From a virus, in the IMG/VR virus record IMGVR_UViG_3300042371_000472, positions 1 through 64,000 of that record: a stretch of 64,000 nucleotides of DNA. The stretch is one strand, 5' to 3'. The position numbers and the translations under genes are program-made. Positions 28,607 to 38,956 of this stretch are shown one piece after another. The notes under the pieces were generated by a model, which saw only the letters and a list, made by a program, of their open reading frames with translations, did not search any database and was not told where the DNA came from. Each line of letters starts with the position of its first letter. Within the stretch, counting starts at the first letter, position 1.

Positions 28607-30280
28607 ATGCCCGTTGACTTTTGGTCACCATCCTATAGAGCATCATCCAGCGACCTCACGGTCTCTATCTCGCCTTTGGGCTTGGTGGAGTTAGCCGATG
28701 AGGAATTTGAAGTACATGGACCGCGCCTAAACCGCTATTCATCGTGCTGGGCATGGTACCTCGGTCACCACTGGTCCTACCGCCGTGAGATGGGCGAACA
28801 GAACATCACAATGAATTACATCCGCACCATGTCGGATTACATCACTAACTTCTGTTTTGGTAAAGGCATTCAGTTCAAAACGCCAGAACAGAACGCCGCC
28901 ATTATTCCCCATTTGTTACAAACAGTATGGGAACAACATAACTCTAAGCACTATGTCTTATGGGAAATGGGTCAGTTGGCTGGTGTAACTGGTGACTGCT
29001 TTGTCAAGGTCGCTTACGAAGAACCTTTTGTTGACTCCGCTGGCATCACTCACGCTGGTCGTATTCGCGTTATTCCGCTAAACCCAGCACACTGTTTCCC
29101 TGAGTACCACCCACACGACCGTGACCGTATCTTGCGGTTTAAGTTAAAGTACCGCTTTTGGGGTACCAGCCCTGAGGGCACCCGTCAGGTGTATACCTTT
29201 ACTGAAATCTTGACTGAGGATTCTGTAGAGCAGTACATCAATGATGAATTGATTGACCAATACGATAATGCTATTGGTATTATTCCTATCATTCATATCC
29301 CTAACATGACCATTTCGTCATCGCCATGGGGTCATTCGGACATCTGGGACATCATCTCGCTCAACCGCGAACTGAATGAAAAGATGACTGAAGTATCAGA
29401 CATTATTAACTACCACGCCGCACCAGTCACTATCATCACTGGCGCCAAGGCAAGCCAGTTAGAGCGCGGACCTAAAAAGGTTTGGGCTGGTCTTCCTAAG
29501 GACGCCAATGTATTCAACCTTGAATCCAGCGGAAACATGGCTGGTGCATTGGAATACATCCAGTTTATTAAGCGCGCCATGCACGAAATCACTGGTGTAC
29601 CTGAGACAGCCTTAGGTCAGTTCCAACCAGTATCTAATACATCAGGCGTGGCATTGGCTATTCAGTACCAGCCAATGATGAATAAGTACAACCAAAAGAA
29701 GATTCACTTCACTAAGGGTCTAGAGAAGATCAACGAAGTAATCATCCGTACTGCGGCTGTATTTGAACCTCAGATGCTTCAGTACAACCCAAGCCTTGGG
29801 GCAATGCCCGAGCCTGATCAGGCGTATGCGCTTGACCCTGCTGACCCGCTTACCTACCAGACCCAAGTTCACTGGCCTGAGCCATTGCCTGTTGATGTTC
29901 TTATCAAACTTAACGAAGTTCAAGCCAAGATGGCTCTTGGCTTAGAGTCCAAGGAAGGCGCATTGCGCGCTCTTGGTGAAGAGTTCCCCCGTGAGAAATT
30001 GCTTGAAATCTTTGAGGAATTGCGTGACGACTCCTTGGACCAAGGTGCGTTAGATATGGTGCGCGCTCAAATACAGCAGGCAGTAATGATTACTACTGGT
30101 ATTTTCCCCGGACAAGGTGGAGAGAATAGTGTAGTATCTGGTGGTGAAAACACAGCCGAAGGACAAGCAGGTCCTCCTATGGGAGGTATCGGTGACGCCG
30201 AAGGACAGATGATTAACAACATAATCCAACGAGCATACGGAGCAAGGCTTGCCCAGCGTCGTGTGCCCGACGAAGAATAA
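28607..30280 (+). CDS. Portal protein (SPP1 gp6-like)
   Basis: 557 aa, IPIIHIPN...WGHSDI...SGVAL, position before scaffold and capsid. Confidence 0.9.
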   Translation: MPVDFWSPSYRASSSDLTVSISPLGLVELADEEFEVHGPRLNRYSSCWAWYLGHHWSYRREMGEQNITMNYIRTMSDYITNFCFGKGIQFKTPEQNAAIIPHLLQTVWEQHNSKHYVLWEMGQLAGVTGDCFVKVAYEEPFVDSAGITHAGRIRVIPLNPAHCFPEYHPHDRDRILRFKLKYRFWGTSPEGTRQVYTFTEILTEDSVEQYINDELIDQYDNAIGIIPIIHIPNMTISSSPWGHSDIWDIISLNRELNEKMTEVSDIINYHAAPVTIITGAKASQLERGPKKVWAGLPKDANVFNLESSGNMAGALEYIQFIKRAMHEITGVPETALGQFQPVSNTSGVALAIQYQPMMNKYNQKKIHFTKGLEKINEVIIRTAAVFEPQMLQYNPSLGAMPEPDQAYALDPADPLTYQTQVHWPEPLPVDVLIKLNEVQAKMALGLESKEGALRALGEEFPREKLLEIFEELRDDSLDQGALDMVRAQIQQAVMITTGIFPGQGGENSVVSGGENTAEGQAGPPMGGIGDAEGQMINNIIQRAYGARLAQRRVPDEE

Positions 30281-30333
30281 AACCGTTATTTAACAATTGC
30301 TAATAAAAGCCCAACAACAAAGAGGTAAGGAAA

Positions 30334-31119
30334 ATGAGTAACGCCTTTAATGGTGACGGGATTATGATCCCCGTTGAAAGCACATCCCAAGAACAGCAGG
30401 CCCCTAAGACTGAGGGTCGCGTGTTCACTGAGACTGAGGTTGAAGCAATTCGCCGTCAGGAGAAGGACAAGTTGTACCGACGCGTTGAAGACGCTGACGG
30501 TCGTGTCAAGACCCTTGAGGAGCAATTGAGCATCATCGCTCAGGAGCGCGAAGCCGCTCGCAAAGAAGCCGATGAGCGCGCCAAGACTGAGGCTGAAATC
30601 CTCCGCCAGCGCGAAATCCAAGAACTCAGCGCAAAAGAACTCCTCGCCAAGCGCGAAGATGAATTCAACCAGCGCATTAATCAGGTTGAGCAGGAATGGC
30701 GTTCCAAGTTTGAAGACATGGAACAACAGCGCCAAGTGCAGGAAGCGCTTCTTGAAAAAGAACGACGCATCCAGCAGATTGATTCTTACCGTCAGCGCCG
30801 TTTGGCGGAAGAGCAAGAAACAATTATCCCGGAATTGATTGACCTCATTGCGGGTAATAGTGAAGAAGATATTGAAAACAGTATTGCAGTACTTCGTGAT
30901 CGGAGTAGTGCTATAATTGAATCAATCCAACAGGCGACCTCACAAAGTGGTCGTCTGCGGGGACCGCAGGTAACTGCGCCCCCGACTGGGCCAATGGACA
31001 ACCAACAGGAATACCAAACGATGTCTGCGGATGATATCCGTAATATGCCGATGGATCAGTACACGAAAATGCGCGAACGGCTCATGCAAGCGACTCGGAC
31101 CTCCCGAGGCCGTTTCTAA
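30334..31119 (+). CDS. Capsid scaffolding protein
   Basis: E/Q/R-rich coiled coil between portal and MCP. Confidence 0.8.
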   Translation: MSNAFNGDGIMIPVESTSQEQQAPKTEGRVFTETEVEAIRRQEKDKLYRRVEDADGRVKTLEEQLSIIAQEREAARKEADERAKTEAEILRQREIQELSAKELLAKREDEFNQRINQVEQEWRSKFEDMEQQRQVQEALLEKERRIQQIDSYRQRRLAEEQETIIPELIDLIAGNSEEDIENSIAVLRDRSSAIIESIQQATSQSGRLRGPQVTAPPTGPMDNQQEYQTMSADDIRNMPMDQYTKMRERLMQATRTSRGRF

Positions 31120-31162
31120 AACCAAATAACCCAACAACTAACTATCCACGGAGGATATTAAA

Positions 31163-32272
31163 ATGGCCCTTCCCGCCCCAGTAGGAGGTGCGATTACCGG
31201 AGCAGGTCTTGGTTCAATTACCACGACCGGTTACTCCAGTGACGCAACTCTTTCCCCAGCAATTCAACAGATTTGGTCCAAGGAAATCTTGTTCCAAGCC
31301 ATGCCCGTCCTGCGTTTTGAGCAGTTCGCCGTGAAGAAGACGGAACTCGGTGTTCAGCCGGGTTTAACCATCAACTTCATGCGCTACAACAACCTCAGCG
31401 TAAACGAGGACTCAGGCGCAAACCTTACTGAAGGTGTGCGTATGGAGCCGGTTTCGCTGACCGCTAGCCAGATTCAGATCACCGTATCTGAAAACGGTCA
31501 GGCTGTCGCCGTTACCGAATTGTTGCTCAATGCATCGTTTGACGATGTTATGGCTTCCTCGTCACGCTTGCTCGGTCGCCACATGGCACAAAGCATGGAC
31601 ACCCAAGCCCGTAACACCTTGTACAAGGCTGGCGTTCCCTTCGGTGGCGGCTCTGCTGTTGCTCCGTCGGTCGTCTTCGGTCGCACCGCCGCTTCGGCTC
31701 GTGGCGCACTCAGCCCGTACGACTCGGGTACCCTCGGTACCGCTTCTGCACCTGGCTACCTCTCGCCTGCATCCATCAAGGACGCAGTTGAAGTTCTCGC
31801 TGGTCAGAACATCCCGCGTTTGGGCGACACCTATGTCTGCTTCGTTCACCCATCACAGAGCCGCTCGCTCCGCGACTGGCCCGAGTTTATTGAAGTCACG
31901 AAGTACGCCGCACCTGGCAACTTCATGCTCGGTGAAATCGGTCGTATCTACGATGTCGTGTTCATTGAAACCACACAGGTCAAGAAGGGCTTGGACGCAA
32001 CTGCGTCTGGCGCTCCGTTGTACGAACTTGGCGCAACCTTGGACAGCAACGCTTCGGCGGGCTACCAGGAAAACGCTGACGCTTACAACGCCATCATGAT
32101 CGGTGACAACGCATTTGGTCACGCCATTGCATTGCCAGTGGAACTCCGTGACGGTGGTGTCATTGACTTCGGTCGTGAACACGGCTTGGCTTGGTACGCA
32201 ATTTGGGGCTTCGGAGTTATCACTCACGAATCCCGCGTTATCTTGAACACCCTCGGTGGCTCAATCGCCTGA
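31163..32272 (+). CDS. Major capsid protein (N4-gp56 family)
   Basis: LTEGV, YVCFVHP, GEIGRIYDVVFIET, DFGRE-x3-AWY; strong codon bias. Confidence 0.92.
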   Translation: MALPAPVGGAITGAGLGSITTTGYSSDATLSPAIQQIWSKEILFQAMPVLRFEQFAVKKTELGVQPGLTINFMRYNNLSVNEDSGANLTEGVRMEPVSLTASQIQITVSENGQAVAVTELLLNASFDDVMASSSRLLGRHMAQSMDTQARNTLYKAGVPFGGGSAVAPSVVFGRTAASARGALSPYDSGTLGTASAPGYLSPASIKDAVEVLAGQNIPRLGDTYVCFVHPSQSRSLRDWPEFIEVTKYAAPGNFMLGEIGRIYDVVFIETTQVKKGLDATASGAPLYELGATLDSNASAGYQENADAYNAIMIGDNAFGHAIALPVELRDGGVIDFGREHGLAWYAIWGFGVITHESRVILNTLGGSIA

Positions 32273-32293
32273 TCCCCTGGATCAGTCTAGTGT

Positions 32294-32329
32294 TGGTGGT
32301 GGGGGAGAAATCCCCCACCATTAATAATT
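32294..32329 (+). terminator. Stem-loop after capsid gene
   Basis: TGGTGGGGGA-GAAA-TCCCCCACCA followed by AT-rich tract. Confidence 0.6.
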
Positions 32330-32356
32330 TCACACAACAAACAATAGGAGAAAAAC

Positions 32357-32626
32357 ATGGCATCGCGTAAAGATACGATGGCTTTTGCAGAACAACAAGA
32401 TGACATTGATGAAGCAGTGGAAGTCTTGGAAGAAACCCCTAAGGCTGTCACTGAGTCTAAGGCCAGCGCACAGGCAAGTGATTTTGTCACTGCTCGCGTT
32501 AAAGGTACATGGAAAATGTACTGGGGCCGTAGCACCTTTGATTTCGTAGACGGTAAGCGTTACAAACTCCCACGCGACCTCTACAACTACCTCGTACAGC
32601 ACTCAAACATCTACGACACCCTCTGA
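32357..32626 (+). CDS. Capsid-adjacent small protein
   Basis: AGGAG RBS; acidic N-terminus, F-x2-GKRYKLP. Confidence 0.75.
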   Translation: MASRKDTMAFAEQQDDIDEAVEVLEETPKAVTESKASAQASDFVTARVKGTWKMYWGRSTFDFVDGKRYKLPRDLYNYLVQHSNIYDTL

Positions 32627-32634
32627 GGTAACTA

Positions 32635-34047
32635 ATGGCACTGATCGTCCCCAACGCTACTGCGACAGGGTCTTCCAACAAGTACTCAAACATCAACCAA
32701 GCCGAACCCGACTCGGTTGACTTTGAAGCACTTGGAAATACCCTGAACTATATTCGCAGTGGCGGTGGGGTTACGGTCGCAGGTGGCACCACAGTAAGTG
32801 TTGCCGCTGGTGTAGCCATTATTAATGGAGTGCCATATTCTTTTGATGCGCTTTCTTTTAACCCCGCCGACGCAACCGCCACGCGGTTTGACCTTATTGT
32901 GGTTCGTCTGTCAGGAAGTACCGCCACACTTACGCTGGTATCGGGTGCTGAGAATGATACTAACCCTACGCTTCCACAGAGTACTAACACTCTCGCTAGT
33001 GGGACTACTCCCTTAGTTGGCTCTAACTACTATCCAAGTACCGATGCCTTAATTTGCTCTGTATACCGCATTCCATCAGGAACTTTAACTGATGCAAATA
33101 TCGTGGATAAGCGCGTTTTAAACTCAGCGCCTGTCACTTACACTACTGCGTCTGCCCCTACATCTAATGCTAAGGATGTCATTGGAGATACTGTTATTTC
33201 TGGTGGCGTTACTTACATTAAAACTGCCGCCCTTACTTGGGCGACATTATCCACAAGTGCTGATGTTGAGGGAGCAAAGATTCCCATTGGTGGCATTTTT
33301 GCCTTTGCTGGTACGCATAACACCACCGCATCCCCTAATGCCGCTTTTTACCTTGAATGTAATGGTCAGTCTCTCTCTAAGAGCGCCAACTCAAACCAAT
33401 ACTTACCATTGTTTAACGCAATTGGTTATTCGTTTGGTGGTAGTGGTGACTCATTTACGCTACCAAACCTAGTTGCTGATACTGGTGTAGTTGGTGCAAC
33501 TGCGGCACAAATTAACACAGATGGCAAGACAGCCAGTTCAGCAAATACGGCTACCTTAAGTCTGTCTACACTTCCTGCTCATACCCACACACATAGCACC
33601 TTAGTTGGAGAGAAGTCTGGAACAACAAGTTTTGGTACTAAGACTGGTTACCCCTCAACTGCCACTACCTTGACTGGTTCTGTTACTGGTACATCCCACA
33701 GTCATTACACCTCCGATGGTCAGTCGGCACCTAATCGCGCATTCCCTGTAAGTATTACAAATGCTTACCCAACTGATGGCTATGTTATACCTCCGTATAG
33801 CCAACAGGGTGGTAACGGTATGGCTATTAAGGCAACTGCTGATACAGTTACTGGTAGTTCTAGTACTGGTGGTACAGCATCAATTACTATTCCTACAAAC
33901 CTTGCAGTAAATACTAATATTGGTAGTACAACTACTACTATTGATGTGGGTACTGTTGCGGGTACTACGAATAGTACTGGTTCCACTAGTGCATTCAGTA
34001 TCCTTTCTAAGAGCATCCGTGTTCGCTGGTTTATTCGCCACACATGA
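32635..34047 (+). CDS. Collar-domain fibre protein
   Basis: PIGGIFAFAG...YLECNGQSL...LFNAIG-x2-FGG...FTLPNL...LPAHTH. Confidence 0.8.
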   Translation: MALIVPNATATGSSNKYSNINQAEPDSVDFEALGNTLNYIRSGGGVTVAGGTTVSVAAGVAIINGVPYSFDALSFNPADATATRFDLIVVRLSGSTATLTLVSGAENDTNPTLPQSTNTLASGTTPLVGSNYYPSTDALICSVYRIPSGTLTDANIVDKRVLNSAPVTYTTASAPTSNAKDVIGDTVISGGVTYIKTAALTWATLSTSADVEGAKIPIGGIFAFAGTHNTTASPNAAFYLECNGQSLSKSANSNQYLPLFNAIGYSFGGSGDSFTLPNLVADTGVVGATAAQINTDGKTASSANTATLSLSTLPAHTHTHSTLVGEKSGTTSFGTKTGYPSTATTLTGSVTGTSHSHYTSDGQSAPNRAFPVSITNAYPTDGYVIPPYSQQGGNGMAIKATADTVTGSSSTGGTASITIPTNLAVNTNIGSTTTTIDVGTVAGTTNSTGSTSAFSILSKSIRVRWFIRHT

Positions 34048-34199
34048 GTGACACACCGATTGAACCAGTTGAAAATGTACCCGCGGAGCAGATCATTCTG
34101 AAGCGCGGTTTTATGGTTCACCGACTTAGAGATACTCAACCAGGAGTTAACCAGGCCGCACAAGACTCAATTCCGGGAGCAGGCTCCGGCGATCAATAG
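34044..34199 (+). CDS. 51-aa hypothetical protein (not in ORF track)
   Basis: MSDTPIEPVENVPAEQIILKRG...; ATGA overlap. Confidence 0.55.
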   Translation: MSDTPIEPVENVPAEQIILKRGFMVHRLRDTQPGVNQAAQDSIPGAGSGDQ

Positions 34200-34213
34200 T
34201 AAGATAGGGATTC

Positions 34214-35014
34214 ATGGCAACTATTAAAGATATTGAGGAAATTGCAAGAACCTATCTACGAGATTTCCCGAAGTTCTTTCAGGTATCTTTTCCCGTCGTA
34301 GGTCGCACATATGAGTTGGGTCATATCAACCTTGATACCAGCAGTATTTGGGTTGCCAAGCACTCGGGGTCAGGCTCTGCCTCAACCCTGGCTCCTTCCG
34401 ACTATACGATTGACCCCCGTAATGGTGTGCTCCGACTCGCTAGTACTTTGCCCTCAGGAACAAACTTGCTTGTTGAGGGTTACTACTACGAATGGGTTAC
34501 ACCCACCGATCTTAGTTTTTATACTAAACATGCCGTTGAAAAGCACCTAGTAAATACTGGTATTGGTATTGAAGAATTAGCCCCTGTTGTTATCAATGCA
34601 ATTGGCATCGCCGCAATCTGTGAATCTTTATGGGCATTGATGACCGAGTTCAGTCGTGACATTGATGTCATGACCTCAGAATCAATCCATATCCCAGCCA
34701 GTCAGCGTTTCCGCATGGTACAAGGACTCCTTGCCCAGTGGGAAGAGGAGTACAAGCGCCACGCCGTCGCTCTTAACATTGGTTATGACCGCATGGAGGT
34801 GTTCACCCTTCGCCGTACTTCCCGCAGTACTAACTTCCTTGTTCCTCTGTACCGCGCTCGTGAACTTGGGGACTACACAATGCCTGAACGCCTATGGCCC
34901 ACTATTGACGCAGGTATCGTGGAGCATGAAATCAAGGAAGAAGAACTCCGTACAGATGTTCTTATTGATGGCGCTATTCCTACCGGATCATTCTCTAACA
35001 TTTCGTATTTCTGA
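34214..35014 (+). CDS. Head-to-tail adaptor (neck) protein
   Basis: Position; DYTIDPRNGVL, IPASQRF. Confidence 0.65.
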   Translation: MATIKDIEEIARTYLRDFPKFFQVSFPVVGRTYELGHINLDTSSIWVAKHSGSGSASTLAPSDYTIDPRNGVLRLASTLPSGTNLLVEGYYYEWVTPTDLSFYTKHAVEKHLVNTGIGIEELAPVVINAIGIAAICESLWALMTEFSRDIDVMTSESIHIPASQRFRMVQGLLAQWEEEYKRHAVALNIGYDRMEVFTLRRTSRSTNFLVPLYRARELGDYTMPERLWPTIDAGIVEHEIKEEELRTDVLIDGAIPTGSFSNISYF

Positions 35015-35016
35015 TT

Positions 35017-35556
35017 ATGGATGTCCGCAGAGAGTTATCCATAATTAGGAAGCATTACCGCTCGTACCATGATCAGGCTGGAGAGTCCATCGTATGGCAC
35101 GAGTTTATACCGCTAGGTAACAGTGCCTCGGCTTCTAGCCTCTATGACGATGTCTATGATGAGGGCACCTACGGTAATGGTGGTCGGCGCTACAAAACTG
35201 GCGTAGTCGTCCCAGTCCTAATGATTACTGAATCTGAGGACCAAAAGCGCGCTATTCCTGAAGGTCGTCAGCCTACTCAATTGACTAACTTCGTGGCGTC
35301 TATTGATGACTTCCGAGCCGCTGGTATTACTGCTCCTTGGGAATATCAGAACCGCTTGAACGACATGTTCCAGTATGACGGTCGCTACTTCAGCGTGGTG
35401 TCTTACCGAGTCCGTGGTCGCGCCCGAGATGATGTCATGCTCGTCGTTGAGGGTATTGAGACCTACATCTCACAGGAAATGGTCAATGATCCAGGTCCTA
35501 CCCCTTATTCAATTTCTGACCTTCCTTGGCCTACATCAATAGCAAATTTAGGATAA
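35017..35556 (+). CDS. Head closure / neck protein
   Basis: Position; DMFQYDGRYFSV. Confidence 0.6.
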   Translation: MDVRRELSIIRKHYRSYHDQAGESIVWHEFIPLGNSASASSLYDDVYDEGTYGNGGRRYKTGVVVPVLMITESEDQKRAIPEGRQPTQLTNFVASIDDFRAAGITAPWEYQNRLNDMFQYDGRYFSVVSYRVRGRARDDVMLVVEGIETYISQEMVNDPGPTPYSISDLPWPTSIANLG

Positions 35557-35619
35557 AATACATGTATTGGAGATGCGCGTCTTCAATGTACATTGCCTAG
35601 ATTCTCAAAGGAGGTAGTT

Positions 35620-36030
35620 ATGTCTTTCTATACCTTTGGCATCAAATCTATGGCTTATAGGGACTCATTAATCCCTATCTCTGATGATGATCCGGTTGTT
35701 CAGATGATCCAAGCCTTTGAGGGTAAGGATAACAAGTTTAGTAAAGCCGTTACAAGTGGCATTAAAAAGTACGAAAAAGAAGCGCGTTCTAACCTGGCTA
35801 CGCATGCCGAGTGGGCTGAAGTTGCCCCGCATCTTACAATTGACCTCTCTGCCGATGGGCAGTCGCTCTCATATTCCGTACAGGGTGGCTCCGAGATTGA
35901 GCAAAAGTATATGGAACTTGAGTACGGTGGTCCTAATAGTGGTGCTGGTGGTCGTGTTCGCTCTATGGCAAATAGCGGTGATGTACTGGCTAAAATTATT
36001 GATAATGCCCTAGCCGAGGTCATGGAATGA
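35620..36030 (+). CDS. Neck/tail completion protein
   Basis: LEYG motif; GGAGG RBS supports start 35620. Confidence 0.55.
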   Translation: MSFYTFGIKSMAYRDSLIPISDDDPVVQMIQAFEGKDNKFSKAVTSGIKKYEKEARSNLATHAEWAEVAPHLTIDLSADGQSLSYSVQGGSEIEQKYMELEYGGPNSGAGGRVRSMANSGDVLAKIIDNALAEVME

Positions 36031-36707
36031 CTAACCCTGGATTCCTGTTGGCGGAAGACGCCGCTGTTAAGACCCGTTTCTCGGGTATGACCGTAACAGA
36101 CGATAAAAATGCGGCACGACCCGTACAGGTGTTCTTCCGTTACCCTGAGGGTGACACAGAGCGTACCTACCCATTTATTACTATTGAAATGATTGACATT
36201 GTCCATGCCTTGGACCGTCAGCATTCAGAAGTACAGTTATATGCCTCCACTAGCGGAGCCGCTTCTTTGCAATATACGGGTCCAAATGACCTTCAGTACT
36301 GGCCTAGTGAGCACCAAAACTTTACGCAATTTGCTGGCTCTGCACCTATGGTTACTACCACTGAATTTGTGCCAGTAGACATCCTGTACCAGGTCTCCAC
36401 CTACACCCGCTCTGCCTTACATGACCGCCAACTTAGTTCTCAAATGCTTCATAGTCGCGCCCGTTTGCGCTATGGCTTTATAGATGTTCCTGAGGATGGA
36501 ACCATCCGCAGGTTTGATCTCCTTGATTGGGTTACAGCCGACCTCCTTGACCCGGAGGCTGGTTACCGAAAGAGGATATTTAGAAAAGTGTATACACTAA
36601 AAATGTCCGCAGAAATGACAACTACTAGTATGGTAGCCTCTAAGCGAGTTGCTACAATTAGTAGTAGTATTTCTGATAAGAACTCCAACCTGACCGAAAC
36701 CTATTAA
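36027..36707 (+). CDS. Tail terminator-like protein
   Basis: YPFITI, position before sheath. Confidence 0.6.
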   Translation: MTNPGFLLAEDAAVKTRFSGMTVTDDKNAARPVQVFFRYPEGDTERTYPFITIEMIDIVHALDRQHSEVQLYASTSGAASLQYTGPNDLQYWPSEHQNFTQFAGSAPMVTTTEFVPVDILYQVSTYTRSALHDRQLSSQMLHSRARLRYGFIDVPEDGTIRRFDLLDWVTADLLDPEAGYRKRIFRKVYTLKMSAEMTTTSMVASKRVATISSSISDKNSNLTETY

Positions 36708-36729
36708 TTAATCCACTGGAGGATTACTC

Positions 36730-38292
36730 ATGGCTTATACCCGCCCCGGAGTCTATGTAACAGAATCTCCGTTAAAGACAATCGTACGAGCAGACAATGG
36801 AACCGCTACTGCGGCTTTTGTTGGCATTAACCCTCGTGGCCCGCTTACCCCAACATTGATTACCTCATGGTCTTCATACACCGCACAGTTCGGTGATCTG
36901 AACCAGGCGTATGACTTGGGTTATGCCGTGTACCAGTTCTTTGCCAATGGTGGTCGTGCTTGTTATGTATCACGCGCTGTCTACGCTAATGCTGTTACCG
37001 CCACTGCTAGTTCGGTTATGTTCTACAAGCCAAATACTGCTGGCGCATCGGCATCGTTGTTTAACGCCACAGCCCTTGATCCAGGAACCTTTGGTAACAA
37101 CATCTCATTGACAACCACTGCTGGTACCACATCTTTGGATGTGGCTACAAATACCTTCCCAACATTTAACTTGTCAGTGTCCTTGAATGGCGCAGAAGTT
37201 GAATCATGGAATGAACTCAGTCCATCACCAAGCAGTAGTCGTTACGCACCAACCGTTGTTAACACATACTCTTCATATGTAAACATCACTAACTTTGCGG
37301 CACAAACATCAGCATCTGCTGGGTTTAGTTATAGCAACGCAAGCGTTTCTGGATTTATTACAAAGTCACTTACTGGTGGTACTGAGGGTACTGCCGCCGC
37401 TGGAGAAACCGCACCTGCGGACTGGGACATCCCGTTCTCTGTTGCACTTAATAAGTTGGTTGATCTTCCTGAGCCTCTCATTATTAATGCGGTCGGGCAG
37501 TTCCGTTCTGAAATTGTTAAGTCAGCACTTTCAGTTGCCCAGACCCGTGGTGATTCATTTGTAATTATTGATCCAGACCCCGCATTAACAACTCAGGTTG
37601 CTATCTCAGGAGTGGCTAACACTTATAACACTAATCAGGGTTATGGCGCAATGTACTACCCAATGTTGACAATGACTGACCCCACTAAGACTGGTGTCGG
37701 AGCAATTCGTAACACATTCCCAGGTGGTGCAGTCGCTGGTATGTTTGCCCGCACTGAAGTAGAGCGCACGGTTGCTAAGGCCCCCGCAGGTTATGGTCTT
37801 GAGGTTCGCAACGCTCTTGGTCTTGCTACTCCATTCTCGGAGTCAACAGTTGGTTTGCTGTATGAATCAGGTGTTAACACCTTTAAGGCAGTGCCTGGTG
37901 CTGGAATCATCATCCAAGGTGCCCGTACCTTGAACTTGACTAAGCCTGATAAGTACATCCCCGTGCGCCGTACCTTGAACTATGTCAAGAATGGCTCAAA
38001 GGAACTTACTCAATTCGCAATCTTTGAACCCAACGATTCGCGCCTGTGGGCAGGCATCACTGGAAAACTCAATAAGTTCTTGAGTGACCTTTGGGGATCA
38101 GGTGGGCTTAAGGGTCGTACCCCAAGTGAGGCGTTCTATGTTGTGTGTGACTCCACAAATAACACATCAACATCTATTGATAATGGACAAGTTAATATAC
38201 AAATCGGTGTGTCATTGTTGTACCCAGCAGAATTTATTGTTATTAATGTAAGTCAATGGCTTGGTGGAAATACCACCATTGAAACTATCTAA
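36730..38292 (+). CDS. Tail sheath protein
   Basis: RPGVYV, FFANGGRACYV, KAPAG, GARTL, YIPVRR, FEPND, PAEFIV. Confidence 0.95.
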   Translation: MAYTRPGVYVTESPLKTIVRADNGTATAAFVGINPRGPLTPTLITSWSSYTAQFGDLNQAYDLGYAVYQFFANGGRACYVSRAVYANAVTATASSVMFYKPNTAGASASLFNATALDPGTFGNNISLTTTAGTTSLDVATNTFPTFNLSVSLNGAEVESWNELSPSPSSSRYAPTVVNTYSSYVNITNFAAQTSASAGFSYSNASVSGFITKSLTGGTEGTAAAGETAPADWDIPFSVALNKLVDLPEPLIINAVGQFRSEIVKSALSVAQTRGDSFVIIDPDPALTTQVAISGVANTYNTNQGYGAMYYPMLTMTDPTKTGVGAIRNTFPGGAVAGMFARTEVERTVAKAPAGYGLEVRNALGLATPFSESTVGLLYESGVNTFKAVPGAGIIIQGARTLNLTKPDKYIPVRRTLNYVKNGSKELTQFAIFEPNDSRLWAGITGKLNKFLSDLWGSGGLKGRTPSEAFYVVCDSTNNTSTSIDNGQVNIQIGVSLLYPAEFIVINVSQWLGGNTTIETI

Positions 38293-38300
38293 GGAGAAAC

Positions 38301-38903
38301 ATGGCAGTTTTAACTCGTACCGATCCATTGCGTGACTTTAAGTTCACGGTAAAAATTATCCCAACAGGGGAACTGGAATCCGCTACCACAGGTATCGGTA
38401 ATCTTGGTTTTGCTGTTGTTACTGGTCTGAGCGTTACCAACGAAATGATCCCTTATCGTGAAGGTGGTATGAACACCCATCCGCACAAGATGATTGGTCA
38501 GTCAGACTTTAACCCCATTACCTTTAGTCGTGGTGTGTTTGAAAAGCAGGACCAATTGTGGCGCTGGCAACAATTCATGCACTCATGGACCCAGGGTTCT
38601 CTTGCTGACAATACTGGTAGCACTGGCAGTCGTAATGACTACCGTTGTAACATTATTGTAACGGTTTATGACCACCCGTATTCGGCGGCTATTGCAGAGG
38701 GCGGTAACGCTGGTTACGCAATTGACCCAGGTTCGGCTGGGCGCAATGTTGTTCCTGGTAATAAGAAACTTGAATTCACAATCTATAACGCATGGCCCGC
38801 TGGCTTTGCATTGGGTGACCTCAACGCTGGTAACAGTTCAATCATGATCCAACAGATGACGGTTAACCATGAAGGTTTTGAAATTGACTGGGACCCAACC
38901 TGA
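38301..38903 (+). CDS. Tail tube protein (T4 gp19-like)
   Basis: DPLRDFKF, YREGG, ITFSRG, NAWP, DLNA, HEG. Confidence 0.92.
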   Translation: MAVLTRTDPLRDFKFTVKIIPTGELESATTGIGNLGFAVVTGLSVTNEMIPYREGGMNTHPHKMIGQSDFNPITFSRGVFEKQDQLWRWQQFMHSWTQGSLADNTGSTGSRNDYRCNIIVTVYDHPYSAAIAEGGNAGYAIDPGSAGRNVVPGNKKLEFTIYNAWPAGFALGDLNAGNSSIMIQQMTVNHEGFEIDWDPT

Positions 38904-38956
38904 CACACAACACCTATTAGGGTGCTACATTAGAAGTAAGTAATAAGGAGCATTAC

